Below, piece after piece: positions 49,095 through 63,700 of a stretch of DNA of 64,000 bases (position 1 is its first letter; the number at the start of each line of letters is the position of its first letter). Made by a program: the position numbers and the translations under genes. The stretch is taken from NCBI GenBank assembly GCA_002633005.1, contig NMRA01000027.1, positions 1,484,581-1,548,580 on the forward strand, written 5' to 3'. The stretch is from Phoronis australis (taxonomy: Eukaryota; Animalia; Phoronida). The notes below the pieces were generated by a model, which worked only from the letters and a program-made list of their open reading frames with translations, did not search any database and had not been told where the DNA came from.

Positions 49095-49875
49095 TAACAT
49101 GCAAGCGCAATGCAAAACATTGAAATGCGGTAAGCTTATAGAAGTGTTTACCATTAAAAATCAAAATCACCACTAGATGGTGCAGAATACGTCCTCACTC
49201 TAATATTAAAACTGTATGCCCAAACCATGAAAATCCCTCAAGGAACTCCAAAGATGGAAAAGTAAAAACAAAAAATAATATTGCCTCTCAGAAGCACATG
49301 GGAAGCCGGATGTGTCTGAAATGAGTAGTCATCTGATGTCGATCTCACAGGAATAAACTAGCCAAATTTCTAACAGATCCTGCAAATGGACTTAGGCAAT
49401 ATATCAGCAGGTGCAAAAAGTCCCTCAGGGATGCCACAGAAGTAGAACCCTTCTGAAAACCAATGTCAGTTGTGTTACTATAAGTAGGTAGACATCGGCC
49501 AATTTTCAAAATGACCTAGAGTGGTTAGGTGGATACATAATAGATTAAAAAATAATAAAAATGGCACAGAATATATGGAATCAGTCCAAAATTGGAATGG
49601 CATCATCATGTCCTCAATACACATATTTGCTAAATTTCATTTTAACCAACGAAAATACTCCGAAGACAGAGGCAAACATAAAAAATTGCCACTAGGAGAC
49701 ATAGCAAAACTCACTGCTATCTGTGTTAGCTTCAAAGGAACAAATCTGCCTAATCTCATTAAGATCCTGCAAGGGGGTTTAGGAGATTCACCAATGATTG
49801 ACAGATACCAGATGCCTGGAATCCTAGACAAAGACGATGGCAATATGCACCAACTACATGCAGACACATAAAAAA
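49095..49875 (-). mobile_element. Old, degenerate HINE copy
   Basis: GCAATGCAAAACATTGAAATGCG end, CACCACTAGATGGTGC and TTGCCACTAGGAGAC subunits, ..CACATAAAAAA end. Confidence 0.6.
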
Positions 49876-49944
49876 GTATTACCGGCATTAGGCTAAAGCC
49901 TCTGTTCCTTGAAGACATTGAAATTACGCAAGAGAAACCCGAGA

Positions 49945-50760
49945 GTTAGGGAGTGTGTATTCTTTTGTACCTCGCAAGATTGTGGCTTTGTTTAAAAGAA
50001 TCCCGAAGAGTTGTATGCTATCTCGCCAATGTGTCTTCACATGAGTGAAAAGAGTGGCATTCAATGAAATTGACATTCCACAAGCGGCACATGATTATTA
50101 TTCATTGAAAATTACCTCCCAAACACATTAAACTTGTCGGTTTTCTCACAAGAGTGTTCCTGAGCATGTATCAACATTCCAACTTCATGAAAATTACCTC
50201 CCACACAGAACACCTGTAGTGTCTCTCACTAGAGATGACTATTCAGTTTAAAGGGTTATCCATACCCAGCACGCTTGTATGGTCCCCTTACGGTGTGCGT
50301 TCTTATGTGATCAACATGACATAGCATATTTCTAGTATCTCTTCAGTGTGTACTCTTCTGCGAGAAACTTTATCATCGGTTTACCAATGCATGCAGATTT
50401 TCAACACGCAGCACTCTTGCTTGGTTTCTCATTCACGATTGATTCATCAGTTCCACTACCCATGGCACCATCTTCCATTACATCATCCTCACATTGCAAT
50501 TCAAAGTTTGTAGGTATGAATATATTGCCAACAATAGGAAGAAATCCAACATCCTCTGGCTCATCAGCAAAATCTTGAATCACCTCCTGCTTGACATAAC
50601 ATTCCTCTCCATTCTCGCTGTGAGCATTACCACAGTTACTGGGTGCATTACTCAGGTCAGTGACAGGCATTTGTTTAAATGCTGCCGCACGACAGTTGTC
50701 TTCATTTGTACGAACACCTAAAGCAGAATACACGAATGAATTGAAACAGCAATCATACAG
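49945..50760 (-). pseudogene. Older ZNF pseudogene of the same family
   Basis: CYVKQEVIQD..NIFIPTNFELQCEDD module, then heavily decayed fingers (HIRTHTVRGPYK, HVKTH, HNLARYKRIHT) with stops and frameshifts. Confidence 0.8.
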
Positions 50761-53720
50761 GACAATCACATCAGTAACACAGTGTTAATATACAGTACAA
50801 GCCTAAAGTTCACTGTCATCAAGGCTTCACGGACTGAATTCATACTGGGAATGAAGGGGAGTTAACAGGAAAGTTTGTAGTGTGGCTAAGCACTATGAAA
50901 AGCCAAGTTATAAAAACCGTTCTTGAGCAACAACAAACTGTCAGTTATTTCAAAGTCTTGAAATCACCTTCGGTTTGATGAAGAACAAGTTTGAACCAAT
51001 TTCATAACAGGGAATTGTCTACAATCAAGATTGGTTTTGAATTGAAAGGCTAACTTCTTGTTGCTTCAATACTTCAAATATTCAATTCTCATCAGAGAAA
51101 GTAACACATTCAAGTTAACTTATCTGTAAGGGCTGCAGCAGTAACAGATCTGCAAAAGTTGATGAATCTGGAAGATATTGTGGAGCAACAAAATTAAAAC
51201 TGCCACAAGAGACCACAGCAGAATTACAGATTTGTTCAAAGGACAACACCAGATGTTTTCTCAACAAGTACACTTATGCCTGACTTCACGACAATCCTTG
51301 AAGAGCTTTGGCTTTGTATAAATGAAAATAGATGAATTTTGCCGAAACTTGATGCAGAGGTTTGTGGTGGGAATGCACCAGCACCGGTCAGTTTTAGAAC
51401 AGATTTGCATATCGGGGCACCACATGATGGCCATTTTATTATTGACGAGAACTTTATTGTCCACTAGGTTGTGGAAATACCACAAGATGAATTTTTACGA
51501 AACTTGACAGAGATATGTGGTAATGCTTTAGCACCAGTTGATTTTCAGGCATGCCGTTATGTCCCACCATTAATTGTTTTAGTACTAGATATTTCTTGTC
51601 CATCCAAGTCTTAATTGGCTAAACACTTTGACAAAGTTAGCCAAAACCTGACATAGGGTTACGTGGTGAGAATACCCCAGCACCAGTCCAATTTGGAAAA
51701 CATGGCGACGGTATCTGGCTACTATCGTGTTCAATTTGATGGAAAACAAATCTTTAATTAAAAGTTTAAGCAGTCATCAGGGTGTACCGCAATTCTCAAA
51801 TCTATTCCAAGTCGACTGGTGCCAGTGCCCTCAATGGAACCATATTTGGCCCTATTGCACAATGACAAAAATTTAAAAATTATACAAAATTATTATCCAG
51901 GCCAAAAAATTCCCACCAATTAAAAGATTCCACTCAAGATCGGGGTTAGAATCACTTGTTTATTCATAGCGATGTAAAACATTGCCAATTAACAGCAGTG
52001 ACTGGGTGGTAGAAAAGCATTGACCTGGGGGAGATTTTACCCTCAATTAAAAAACTCCCTTCCAAAAGATACTGTCAACTTTCCCCTCGTGTAAGCAAAG
52101 ACTTGGTTCATTGAAGCTGGAATCAGGGCTACCTTACAACATGCATACATCATTGCATTTCTGCAAATATCCCACTATTCTAGCAAATTATTATTTGATT
52201 GCTACCTGTTACCTGTAAAAACAATAAAAAAGCCCCAAAATTTCTGGTTTTCAGCAACAAGGTCTTCTTAAGACAACGGTGTTTCAGCAGGCTTTTTAAT
52301 AAGAGCCATATCCAGAACTACATAGCAACTGCATCAAGACTTATGTGGTTTATTACCCGAAGCATTATTTCAACGTCTGTGACCTAAACGCAAAGAGCAG
52401 CATGAACTGCTTAGAATTCTTGTGTCGGCCATATTGCATTTGATGGCTGAAACTACGCCGTTGAGTGAAGTAGTCGTACTAAACTTTGTTTGAAGAAATA
52501 ACACACTATCAGTTCGTGCCCAGCTTAGAAAAAGTTCTAATCTGAGAAAGGAACAACACAATAATACTTACTTTGTAACAGCAAGTGGCCTAAATCAAAA
52601 TTGGATTAGGAAGTTTTTGTTGATTTTTTGACATGCATGGTTTGAATTGAATAATGATTTTTCGTCAGTGTTAGTCAACATATGTACACTTAGATGCATG
52701 GGTCATGTGATTGAGGGTGTCCTCATAGGCGCTTTTAATATACACCTTCTGCAGAGTTAACAGCATACATTTGTCCTGTACTGTTCATATTTATTATTCA
52801 TATGCATAGCAAACGATGATTCGCCATAAAGCCTACATTCACATACTGGCCAATTGGGCTTAGAACAAGACTGCTGGTATAAGTGGCCTTCGCACGTCTG
52901 ATGCATCTCAAAAGACACCAGACTACTTGCACTCTTTCCTTTAGACTGTTACGATGTTCACGTAACAACCAAGTGTTTCCGAGAGTATGAATAACCAACC
53001 ATAAGCTATAGAAAACAGGCACACTATTTCACACTGAGAATTGAGTGCCCCAGGCATTCTTTCACTTTTATTGCTTACCAGCACCACTGTTGCTCCGTGT
53101 CTCATCAGAAGACAATGGTGGTTCAGAGTTTTCAAGACTTGGCAGGTGCACAATACATTTTCTTGTCTTTCCAGATGCTGTCAACTTAGTAAACACAAAC
53201 CCAGGCGGTTTTCTTTTTTCACCAATTGTCATGCTGTAACAGACCGTTTTGTTAAAAGCATGGAAACCTTAAACTGGCCACAATTTCCCTTTTCAAGATA
53301 GTGATTTTGGCACCGAGTTCTTTTTTGTTTATTACAGACAAAAATTCTTGATCCCTCGATTTTGAGGCTGATTATCATCCCCGTTCTTCTGTCAAAAAAA
53401 TCATGTGAAATTCCCTCCAACAGGCAAAAAAATCCCATGGAATTGTCTTGGAACATAACAACTTTGTGGAAGCAAAGGTGTTAGTGTAGAAATTGGCTTC
53501 AAGATGGCGCTCTTAATTTCATGGTAAAGAAACTCAATGTATAAGGTGTCCCAAAAACTTAGCAGCAGAATTATTTTGGTAGTGCAGCAATTTTTTGTCA
53601 GGCAACGTTCCAGGACTCTGTGACAGGAATCTGCAGCATCAGCATACCCATGACTGACAATGTATGACGACTGGCAACGTTACGATTTTCGTTGAACAAA
53701 TCAGTATTTTTCTGTCTTAA

Positions 53721-55338
53721 AGGAGCATGCCACCCAAAAAAACAACCTAATTTGTATCAATTTAGATCGAGTAGTTCTACTCCATAACGACACGTACGGT
53801 TGCGTTACCTGACACCTGATGGCAAACGGAGGTGTTGAAATTATCCAATGACGTCATCGGTTTCACACGCAGTTTGTTCAGCAGTTCACAACACGGGTTA
53901 CTGGTGTCAGCTTATCACTTGAAGTCCTCATTTAATACCAATAAATCATCAAACTTTGATGCAAAACCCTTAAAAATACACCGAGTTCTTATAAAAACAT
54001 GTTGTTATATTTCGCTCTTACGGATTTATTGGTATTTGGACACACCGTAGCCTACAAAGTTCGGCAGGCCAATAAGGTCCGTAGCAGGAGTTTGGGGTCA
54101 GTTTGGAGATAATTTCGAAGTATTTTCCGTGAGATACAGGCAAGAGAACCTAGATCTATGTTGTTTAGACTTGTGCTTTTTTGAGTTCTAAACAAAAAAC
54201 GCTTGTTAGCCTGGCCAGTGGCTCGGAAACTGATCAGACATCACGAACATAAACTAGCCAAAGTTCAGTTGAAACTAAACCTCCAGTCAAGAAAATGCTA
54301 TACTAGTGAGCCAAAGTAATGTGCACCTGATTATGTTTTGGTGAATTAGCCAAGAAACGGCAAATCTACTTACTCGTCGGGGGCCGCGAATTCAGGTTCC
54401 GCTTTGGCCACAGCACCGTCAGGGCAGAAGTTGTACATTGACAATCATTATTTGAGTAATGTAAATGTAAATAAAGATTCCCCTAACACCTGGCCGTGGG
54501 ATGGAAATCGAGTTGTTTCACAACAGTTTCTGCAAGCAAACACTAAATTAGCATGAGCTCACACGACCTAGGTGTCCCGTCAATTAGTTTTAGTGCACCT
54601 AAAGCCGGTAATGCAGTGATTTATTCATTGCTGGCTTCTCAAATCATTTGCACTCACAAACACTCCAAAGGCATTACAAATTGCATCTAATGAGACAGAC
54701 TTTGCTTCAGTTTTATATAAGTATTGGTTAGGGTGAGAATAATTCATTTTGAAACAGAACGCTCAGTAATAAACACCAACATGGCAACTCGCAATTCCGA
54801 CTTAGTACGAGCTAGAACTCATCAGTCCCGACTTCGCAGGTGGATCGTTAAGTTTTACAGGCTATCAATTCGAACAGGAATACAGTGATGAAGAAATACT
54901 AGAGAGGCGCCGTGAACAAGCTCAGACAACGGAATGTATGGAGTTATTTGGTAAACCGGCATTCGCCAGGCACTGTCGACGTCTGCAGGCCACAGACACG
55001 GAGATGTTTCACGGCCTCATACTTGCTATTTACAGCGTACATTTCATTCTTCACTACCATGAGCCACTTCCTAAGCATTTTGGACTTTCGAGGAAGTAAA
55101 AAAACGATATACCCGCTTTCCTCGCAGCTGCTTAGTTCGGACAAGCGGGAACGATGCACCGCAACATAGCGGCATTCACTCTGCATATGAACCAGACGTC
55201 GCTAGCGTCGTTTCTCACCTTCCTCACAGGTTAACGTGACACCTCTTGGCAAGGTAGGGTCGACCGTATGCGAGGCGATGTGGATATAGACCGATTAAGA
55301 TCGCAAAAAAGACTAATTAAATCAGGTGGCATTCTCCT
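53721..55338. mobile_element. Non-autonomous Kolobok-like DNA transposon
   Basis: TTAA|AGGAGCATGCCACC ... GGTGGCATTCTCCT|TTAA. THAP-like relic on the minus strand (54944-55186: FLLPRK..RKWL..LRVC) and a YQFEQEYSDEE relic on the plus strand. Confidence 0.78.
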
Positions 55339-55689
55339 TTAACTGTAATATATTAACGGCGAAAGCAAACTTTTTTCATATCATTTTCCGTAAAAATAAG
55401 GCTCGTTGACTATCCCAGACATATTTTTCAGTTAATCACGGCTTCTCGTAATGTAATTAATTACTCGTGCTATACTCCAGAAGTGACGTTTTGGGAGTCA
55501 AGAATTACGAGCCAATTTGGTTCTGCCTTCGAGTTTACTATGAGGATCTGTACTACTGTTGTTTTTCGTGCTGTTTTCACAAAATTGTCATCACCACTTC
55601 CCATCGACAAGTGTTCTTCGACAAGCTAGGTTGTTAGTGAACTCAATTACACTGGTTTTAGGTATTGTTTAGTTTGTAGTAACCTGAAA

Positions 55690-56320
55690 ATGGCTGGAGT
55701 CAGCGACCCATATCACATTGACAGCGAGTGACGGAGACATTATTCACAGACAATCCGTGGGTGGGAATATGTTTGAGCCCGAGAATAATGAGGCAGAGTA
55801 TGCACAGGTACAGGCAAGTGTTGAGAGGAATGAGGCAGAGACTGAGGAGAGACGTGGTGGGGTTCTTGGTGCAAATGCATGGTGTGCACCATTATGTTGA
55901 CCTCAATGGAATGCCTATGCTGTTCACTGGACGACGAACTGTCCTCACCATGCAGCATTCAGTTCAAGCACGTTAAAATTTATTAAGTGCTGGTTCAATA
56001 ACATGGCCATATTGCTTCATTTGAAACATTGGCAAGGATGGTTTTAATTTAAAAATGTGACACCCACAAAGAATTTTGAACTAAGGTAAGCTAACACGTA
56101 GAGTATTGTCGCATCCACGAGTACAAGAAGGTGTAGATATAAGCCAATGACACACACTGACTGGAAAAACTGCCGTTTAGAATACCTCGGAACTAACTGA
56201 GGAGTTGCAGGTGTTTCTGAAACAGTCTCTCGTTCATACTCCATGCACACTTCTCTAGACATTGTTGCAAGTCCCTCACTAAAAGCACTTTGTACCACTT
56301 CATACCTGGAATACAAAACA
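55690..56320 (+). mobile_element. Possible second Kolobok-like relic (P2X7 C-terminal-like accessory gene fragment)
   Basis: MFEPENNE..LGANAWC pattern with stops; no termini identified. Confidence 0.35.
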
Positions 56321-59300
56321 AAAAATTACACTACCTTATTAAGTATGGGAAACGATACAAAAAACATGCAAGTGCAACGATATTTAGCCACATTGCTAAG
56401 AATTGAAATTTGTGACCAAAATTATTCCCGCAGCTTTTTTGAATTCCCACGTTTGCCCCTTTGTAAACTTTTACAGGCTAGCAAAATTGTGACCGTTTCA
56501 CTCTGCTACCTAATGAGTAACTACAGAAAGCACAAGTTTAATACTGTTGCAAACACTTCATTCCGTCAGCACACCATCTTTGGCCACATCACGTGACCTA
56601 ATGAATATAAGCCTGAAAAGATTTCTACTCTAGATAGAGCATCTGCACGGATAGCACAAGGTCCTGGGTTTGAGAACTTTGAGCCCCGCTCTGGGGGCAG
56701 AAATCTGTTCAGACTCCTCTTCATTAGGTCACGCGATGTGGCCAAAGATGGCATGGTGACGAGACGAAATGTTTGCAACATATTTTAAATGTCATACTGA
56801 CATATTTATACTCATGATACTAGGTTTGATTAATGACGCCTCAGGTGCGATACCTCGGATTATAAGATCGACTGAATGTCAAAATACATGGGATCTGAAT
56901 AAAATTAAGGTGCAACAAGTCATAGAAGACTCACCCAAACATGAGGCATGGCTTAACCTAGTACATAAGCACTGCATCTAGTAAAATTCATGTTTTACCA
57001 CCGCCATGTACAAAAAATAGATGCCCTAGCTGCAGTCGTTATTTAACTTTTTATTCATGCTCCCTATGTCTAGAAGTTATTCAAAACTTTTTCAATTCAT
57101 TAGCACAAATTCTAATGTGAATCCTGGCCAGGTGGATGAACGCTAAGCGATTCCGACATAGACCACTGCATGGTTTGTGTCTCGTATCCCAATTGGCATC
57201 AATTGGCCATTTAATTCAGGGCAAAAATTCCTGGAACTGTAGGAAAACATATGAATTTGCTTTTCCATACCAAGAAACAATGAAATTGATCGAAACTGTA
57301 ACTTTCAATTTAATTTATTAGCACACAGTATAAAACAGCGAATACTGGGAGGATGACTGAGATTGCCAAAATAAATTGATAATGCTCGTCGACCGATTTG
57401 TTATCTGGTGTGCAGATAAAATCATACAAAAATTTTGATGGAAGGAAGTTTTAATTCATATTTTAAAGTCAAATATTTGAATGCTATGCGATTCTAATCT
57501 TACACGGGCTGCTGGCGAGTGTGTGTTCAGCGTATCAAAATCGACAAAATACATAGAAATGCAAGAACACATTAATTTGGTCTTTCCATGTATCAAAAAT
57601 GTTATATTAGGAATTTCATCTTGAAATAATTCACTTCGCATTTCAGAATATTATCAGCAAGTGTCACCACCACTTAAAATAGAATCTATCAACTTAAGAC
57701 AAAGATCCAACATGGCATTGCATTGTGAGTACCTGAGATATATTAAGACTATAAAACATTGTGTTGATTGCATGACAGTGAGTTTGTAATTTAAATGTAA
57801 ATTATATTTATCCCATACGCGTTGAATCTGTCGAGGGAAATACAGCCATGTAATAAAGTTTTCCGTATTCACCTTCCGCACTACTTCAACAGTGACCTCT
57901 TACATGGAAAGTTCAAAAGGTAGGTCAATGTCGACTCGATGTCTTCAGCTGCTTCGATCATCAAACTTTCCGAATATAGTTTAAAGTAATACAGTTGCAG
58001 CAGTGTAACTATCACTCAACATGCAACCAGGCCGTAAACGTAAAATCTGGAACAAAACTGTTAATTATATGACACAGTTGCCGTTGTTTTCATCTTTGAT
58101 GCATCTTTTCAAGAAATAAATCGTTACTTTTAAAACTGTTTCTTTTACAAGAGAAAACTTGCAACCTAGCGTGCAAGTACATACATCGTCATATAGGATG
58201 TAATTCGCCATGTGAACAGTCTGGGTGAAGTATTTAAAAAATCTGCCAAAAAATGTAAGAAACTTAGGAATTTGAAGCGTATGGGATAAATACAAAACGT
58301 ACCTCGATTGGCGTACATGAAGTAATATCCCACTCGCCCTTATTCCGTGTATCGACCGAGACCGAAGGTATGCGGAATAATGTCTCATAGGTTATTACTT
58401 CATGTATGCCACTCTCGGTACCTTTTGTGTATATATTTCAATACAGTTGGCTGTCTGTATCGAAATTCCACCGAATGAATATTACAAGTTTGGCCAGATT
58501 TCCATACGGGCCCGGACAACAACACTGCTTTGAAATATCACTGTTAAGTGTTCCAAGTAATCAATAGAAAACAAGATGAGTAAATGGTGATAATTTTTTT
58601 TGCCGTGTATATTCATTTCAATAAATTTTGTAAGTTTGAAATTTTTTACACCAAATGATTACAAACAAGCTTTTCTAGTATATTTAAAATTATTTCACAG
58701 CTAAATGAATTCATATTTGTGAAGTAATGTTGTTGCATTTCCTCAAATACAAATGACTGGTTGTGTAACACCTGCTTACCTTCAGTTAGACATCAGCATG
58801 CCTTATAAGTTGGAATGAGTAAGGTCACTAGCCAGGATCATTAGCAACTTGTCAACAGACAATGAAATTAGATGATTTTTTGGATGAACTTAACTTTCAC
58901 ATAAACATTTTTGTCAGTGAAGAACGTCCACAGGCGACTAAGTGTACTCCGAGTACAGGAGTATCAAACTTTTTTCAAGCAGTCCTCTGTTACGCTACTT
59001 AACTCGTCTCTACTGCCACTATAGGCTCTTTATTTTGCAATTACGGGCGACAGTACATACCCACAAAAAGTTACTAATTTCTAAATACAGGAAATCAAAT
59101 CAAATGAAACAAGCATATATGCACATGGAGTTATTAGCAACTCATACCATAACAAGTCTGGAGACGATTCAGTCAAGATAATTTGAACAAATTGATGAAA
59201 ATCTGTCGCGGTTTGCTCGAGTTTCTCTTACCGGGTACCATTTTGAGTTAGTTACGTGAAATCCCGCATGTTGACGAATAAAAAGTCCAAGGGACACAAA

Positions 59301-59865
59301 TCTTCCAAATTTCACCTGATACCTTCTCATGCTATTTTGCTAGCCTTTGCCAAACTCACGTGACTCAGTAGACATGTATACTTTGCCGTTATCGCGTGTG
59401 GTGAAAAAGTTAACGGCAACCAAAAAAGTGGAGTTGGATTTCTTTGCCAAAGTCAACTTAATTCTCAAGGACCAATGATGAAAGTAAGCGCTTTTTTAAA
59501 TGATAGTTTTAAGTGTGGAATGTATTTTTGACGAGGTGAAAACTCAAAATCGGTGACTGGATTTGGGTAATTACGGCTCATTTAAAATACATGTAACAAA
59601 ATGGGTACAGAAAGTGAATGGAAGTATTGTAGCCCCTAATGGCCAACCAAGAGGCTACGTATTGCCTAGCTCTTCATGTGCCAGAAGATTTTCGTGAAAT
59701 TATGCTTCGCAACGTGGCTTTGATGTTTTAATCAGTGCCGGGCATAATTCTCCGAAAAGCTTCCAGCGTTTGAAGCACCTATAGGAGCTCCACCGTTTTA
59801 CAGGCAGTGCCAGTAGGGCGGTGATCACGGTCTATACTGCAGGCCTACTAGTGGGGGCCTGTGAA

Positions 59866-60794
59866 NNNNNNNNNNNNNNNNNNNNNNNNNNNNNNNNNNN
59901 NNNNNNNNNNNNNNNNNNNNNNNNNNNNNNNNNNNNNNNNNNNNNNNNNNNNNNNNNNNNNNNNNNNNNNNNNNNNNNNNNNNNNNNNNNNNNNNNNNNN
60001 NNNNNNNNNNNNNNNNNNNNNNNNNNNNNNNNNNNNNNNNNNNNNNNNNNNNNNNNNNNNNNNNNNNNNNNNNNNNNNNNNNNNNNNNNNNNNNNNNNNN
60101 NNNNNNNNNNNNNNNNNNNNNNNNNNNNNNNNNNNNNNNNNNNNNNNNNNNNNNNNNNNNNNNNNNNNNNNNNNNNNNNNNNNNNNNNNNNNNNNNNNNN
60201 NNNNNNNNNNNNNNNNNNNNNNNNNNNNNNNNNNNNNNNNNNNNNNNNNNNNNNNNNNNNNNNNNNNNNNNNNNNNNNNNNNNNNNNNNNNNNNNNNNNN
60301 NNNNNNNNNNNNNNNNNNNNNNNNNNNNNNNNNNNNNNNNNNNNNNNNNNNNNNNNNNNNNNNNNNNNNNNNNNNNNNNNNNNNNNNNNNNNNNNNNNNN
60401 NNNNNNNNNNNNNNNNNNNNNNNNNNNNNNNNNNNNNNNNNNNNNNNNNNNNNNNNNNNNNNNNNNNNNNNNNNNNNNNNNNNNNNNNNNNNNNNNNNNN
60501 NNNNNNNNNNNNNNNNNNNNNNNNNNNNNNNNNNNNNNNNNNNNNNNNNNNNNNNNNNNNNNNNNNNNNNNNNNNNNNNNNNNNNNNNNNNNNNNNNNNN
60601 NNNNNNNNNNNNNNNNNNNNNNNNNNNNNNNNNNNNNNNNNNNNNNNNNNNNNNNNNNNNNNNNNNNNNNNNNNNNNNNNNNNNNNNNNNNNNNNNNNNN
60701 NNNNNNNNNNNNNNNNNNNNNNNNNNNNNNNNNNNNNNNNNNNNNNNNNNNNNNNNNNNNNNNNNNNNNNNNNNNNNNNNNNNNNNNNNNNNNN
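59866..60794. other. Assembly gap (929 N)
   Basis: Run of n, followed by a poly-C tract. Confidence 1.
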
Positions 60795-63700
60795 CCCCCC
60801 CCCCCCCCCCCTAAGTCCGCTTATGGTTTATACTTCCGCAAATTGAGCTGCCGTCTGGCATGATCAATGAGATAAATCATAGCTCATCGGGCACGATTCT
60901 TATGTCCTGGTGAGACTCCATGGCGGCGACATCCCGTTGCTCCCAACTTGTTCGCTTGTACAGCCCAACAACAAGTTGGGAAGTTTACCCCCCGTAGCCA
61001 ATTAACTCCATTCTGGCGTTGATGGTTGGAGGGAATGCGCTCTTTTGTTTGATAATTGCTCTAATCTCCGATCAGATCCTATCTAGCCTGACAGGGGTGG
61101 GTTGATAAAAATGTAAGATAAGACAGATATTATCGCACGTTCAGCACCCCTCACATCTGGAAAAGTTACTGAACGACAGGACGCTGTAATGCGGTCCTGG
61201 CGGGCGTGATCATGATTTACGTTCCTTTTGACGTGCTCAATTATGGCCCTGGACCCGGTGGTCAAAATGTTATACCACGTATAAGGCCCGTAGGAAGGCA
61301 AAAATTATTGGGGGAGCACAAACCATTTCAACGTCTCCAAACCACTTCCCCATGGTCACCACCTCTTTGACGGGTAGTTCAGTTTCTTGTGGCTGGGGAA
61401 AAGGATATTGTGTCCCAAAAATGTGCACTTTTCGTCCAGAACGCCTGGAGTTCAAATTCAGTTCCCGTGGATCACTGAGATTCTGCGCGGGCCAACTGCA
61501 TTGTTACATCTCACTTTAACGTGGGTACGTCAGTCAAGACGTGCACGCGAATCGGGGCAAGCAGCCATGAATTCCGTTTTCAAGAACAAAAATTCATTAC
61601 TCAATACTACTGGAAACTAAAAACACCAAACGCGTGCAAAGACTACCTTTCCAAGCTTTAAGTTTAATTTTATTTATTTAAGGCTTTTTAAACCTTATTT
61701 CTATCTACGGTTTGTGTGTCCGAATTCCATCAATGTGTTTGAGAGTTATTTTAGATATGCAAAAATCGTCTAAGTGTACTTTACTATTTGGGGATCGGAT
61801 TATTGAGTTCTTTCCAACTTCAGGCTGCAATTAAATTCCCTGAAACATCATCAATTCTTACAAGATTAGTTTCTAATTGTCAAGAATATTTTTTGAATCT
61901 GTCGATTTTCGTAGATACGTAAACAAGTATATCAGAAACCAACGAGTTGTTTATCAAAACAGAATGTTTTCCTTATGGATGCTCGAAGACTTTTGACGGG
62001 TAACCGGGGGAATTCATATTAAGGTGTATTTTTGCTCATTTCAGAGGTACCTATAATGGTTTACAATGTAGACTTGGACTTCACTAACAAAATACGGTGA
62101 AGCCTTTGTTTATGATTGCGAGAGTTCTTTGAGTACCCCTTTCGACATGTATGAACACCATCATTACAAGCAGTAGCTCAGACAGCAGTGTTTTCCACAT
62201 GTGGGAATTCCTTACAAACATCTCAACCATTTTCAAACGAGAACTATTCTTCTGATACTAGGGGAAACAGTTTCTGTAACAAAGTTATTTTTTAACTAAT
62301 AATCGGAAATAGTCCTTTTGTGTAATTCACACGTAGTGGTCTTCACATTATTCAAAATTCCACCCTTTCCGTGGCGGCCATCCTAATGTATTTTTCACAT
62401 TTTGGTTGTTTGGGTCAGATGGCTGTGCTGTGATGAAATTGGAATCTTAACTTCCCTCGTGAATACCGGTACTTGGCAGTGTAGGATTTACATATATTGA
62501 GGGACATTTTCCCCCGAACTGCTCCACCGAGAGAGGGTACCGGTACCGTCTGAAATGGGACACCTTAATAACTAAGCTTGGAAAAAAGAGTGACAGTTCA
62601 TTCCGCCGTAGTGTGGTCCCAAAACGATGCAGGGAGTGACCTCCTTCAGCATGAAATCCGGTTGCACGATTTCACCAAAACAGGAGAATAGCGTCAGCGG
62701 CCCCTTAAGAATGTGTCAATAAAACACAAAAAGGTGGCCACTTGAATGTCATCTATATTTCCAAGTATCGGGAAATGCACAGCAATTGATGTTATCTGTC
62801 AGGTCACCAATTTTCTCAAGTAATATGCAGTTTCAAGAAAAAAAATAAAGCGAAAGTTGTCTCCGTTATCTCTTGCCAGAGAGGGACCTCTGGAAAATTT
62901 TATTAATTTTGCATTCACAAAATTGACGTACATGTATTGAATTTAAACATCCGGTAAATCAGTATGCTGCACAAAAACTTCGCTTTACAAATTAATGTTC
63001 TCGATTTTTCGAAATATCATGTGTGCGTTTAAACGACCTCTGCTGCAAAAGCGGAGACCCTAGCGACAATGTCCTGGCCAGGGTCCTCAAAAGGTAATTG
63101 CCAAGCACTGATGCAGAGTTGTTAAATGTTCTCTTGAATATTTTCTCTTATCCGTATTTCGCAGGCTTTCTTTTTCGACAGTCCCAGGCCCCACGCCTAT
63201 GTTGATTGCCACGGTTTAACCCAGTGACGCGACCCGTGCCCCCGCCCCCCGCTTCCTCTACGGCCCTGCAGCAATGACGTCGTTTTATCACGCGTCACGC
63301 TGTAATTGGTGAACAATAAACCTGATGTCAGCGCAACAATTAGACCAGCGGATAATTTTGAAGTTTTATGTAACCCAGCCCTGATGTGATGAATTATAGG
63401 TCCTGGCGTGATAAATTCTGGTCTTGGGTATATGTTTTGGGTCTTGCAGAGATTGTCATTCTTGAATGGAAAATTTGTGTCCTGCATTTTTTCTGCTTGT
63501 ACTTTCCGTAACCACACGTGTTCTAGATTTTTTCAGCTTGGCCTTGTAACTAACGGAAACGAAAGGTGAAAATCTAAACACTCAAGAATTAAAAGCATGT
63601 TACTACTCTGCACGACCATCAAAAAAGAACACTCCGGCCAACCCGCGATCCAGAACGCGCGCGAAATGACTAGGCGATCGAGAACGAGACCTTGCACCAA

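Noticed and set aside
59821-60846. 341-aa and 317-aa ORFs
   Set aside because: Artefacts of translating through the N gap.
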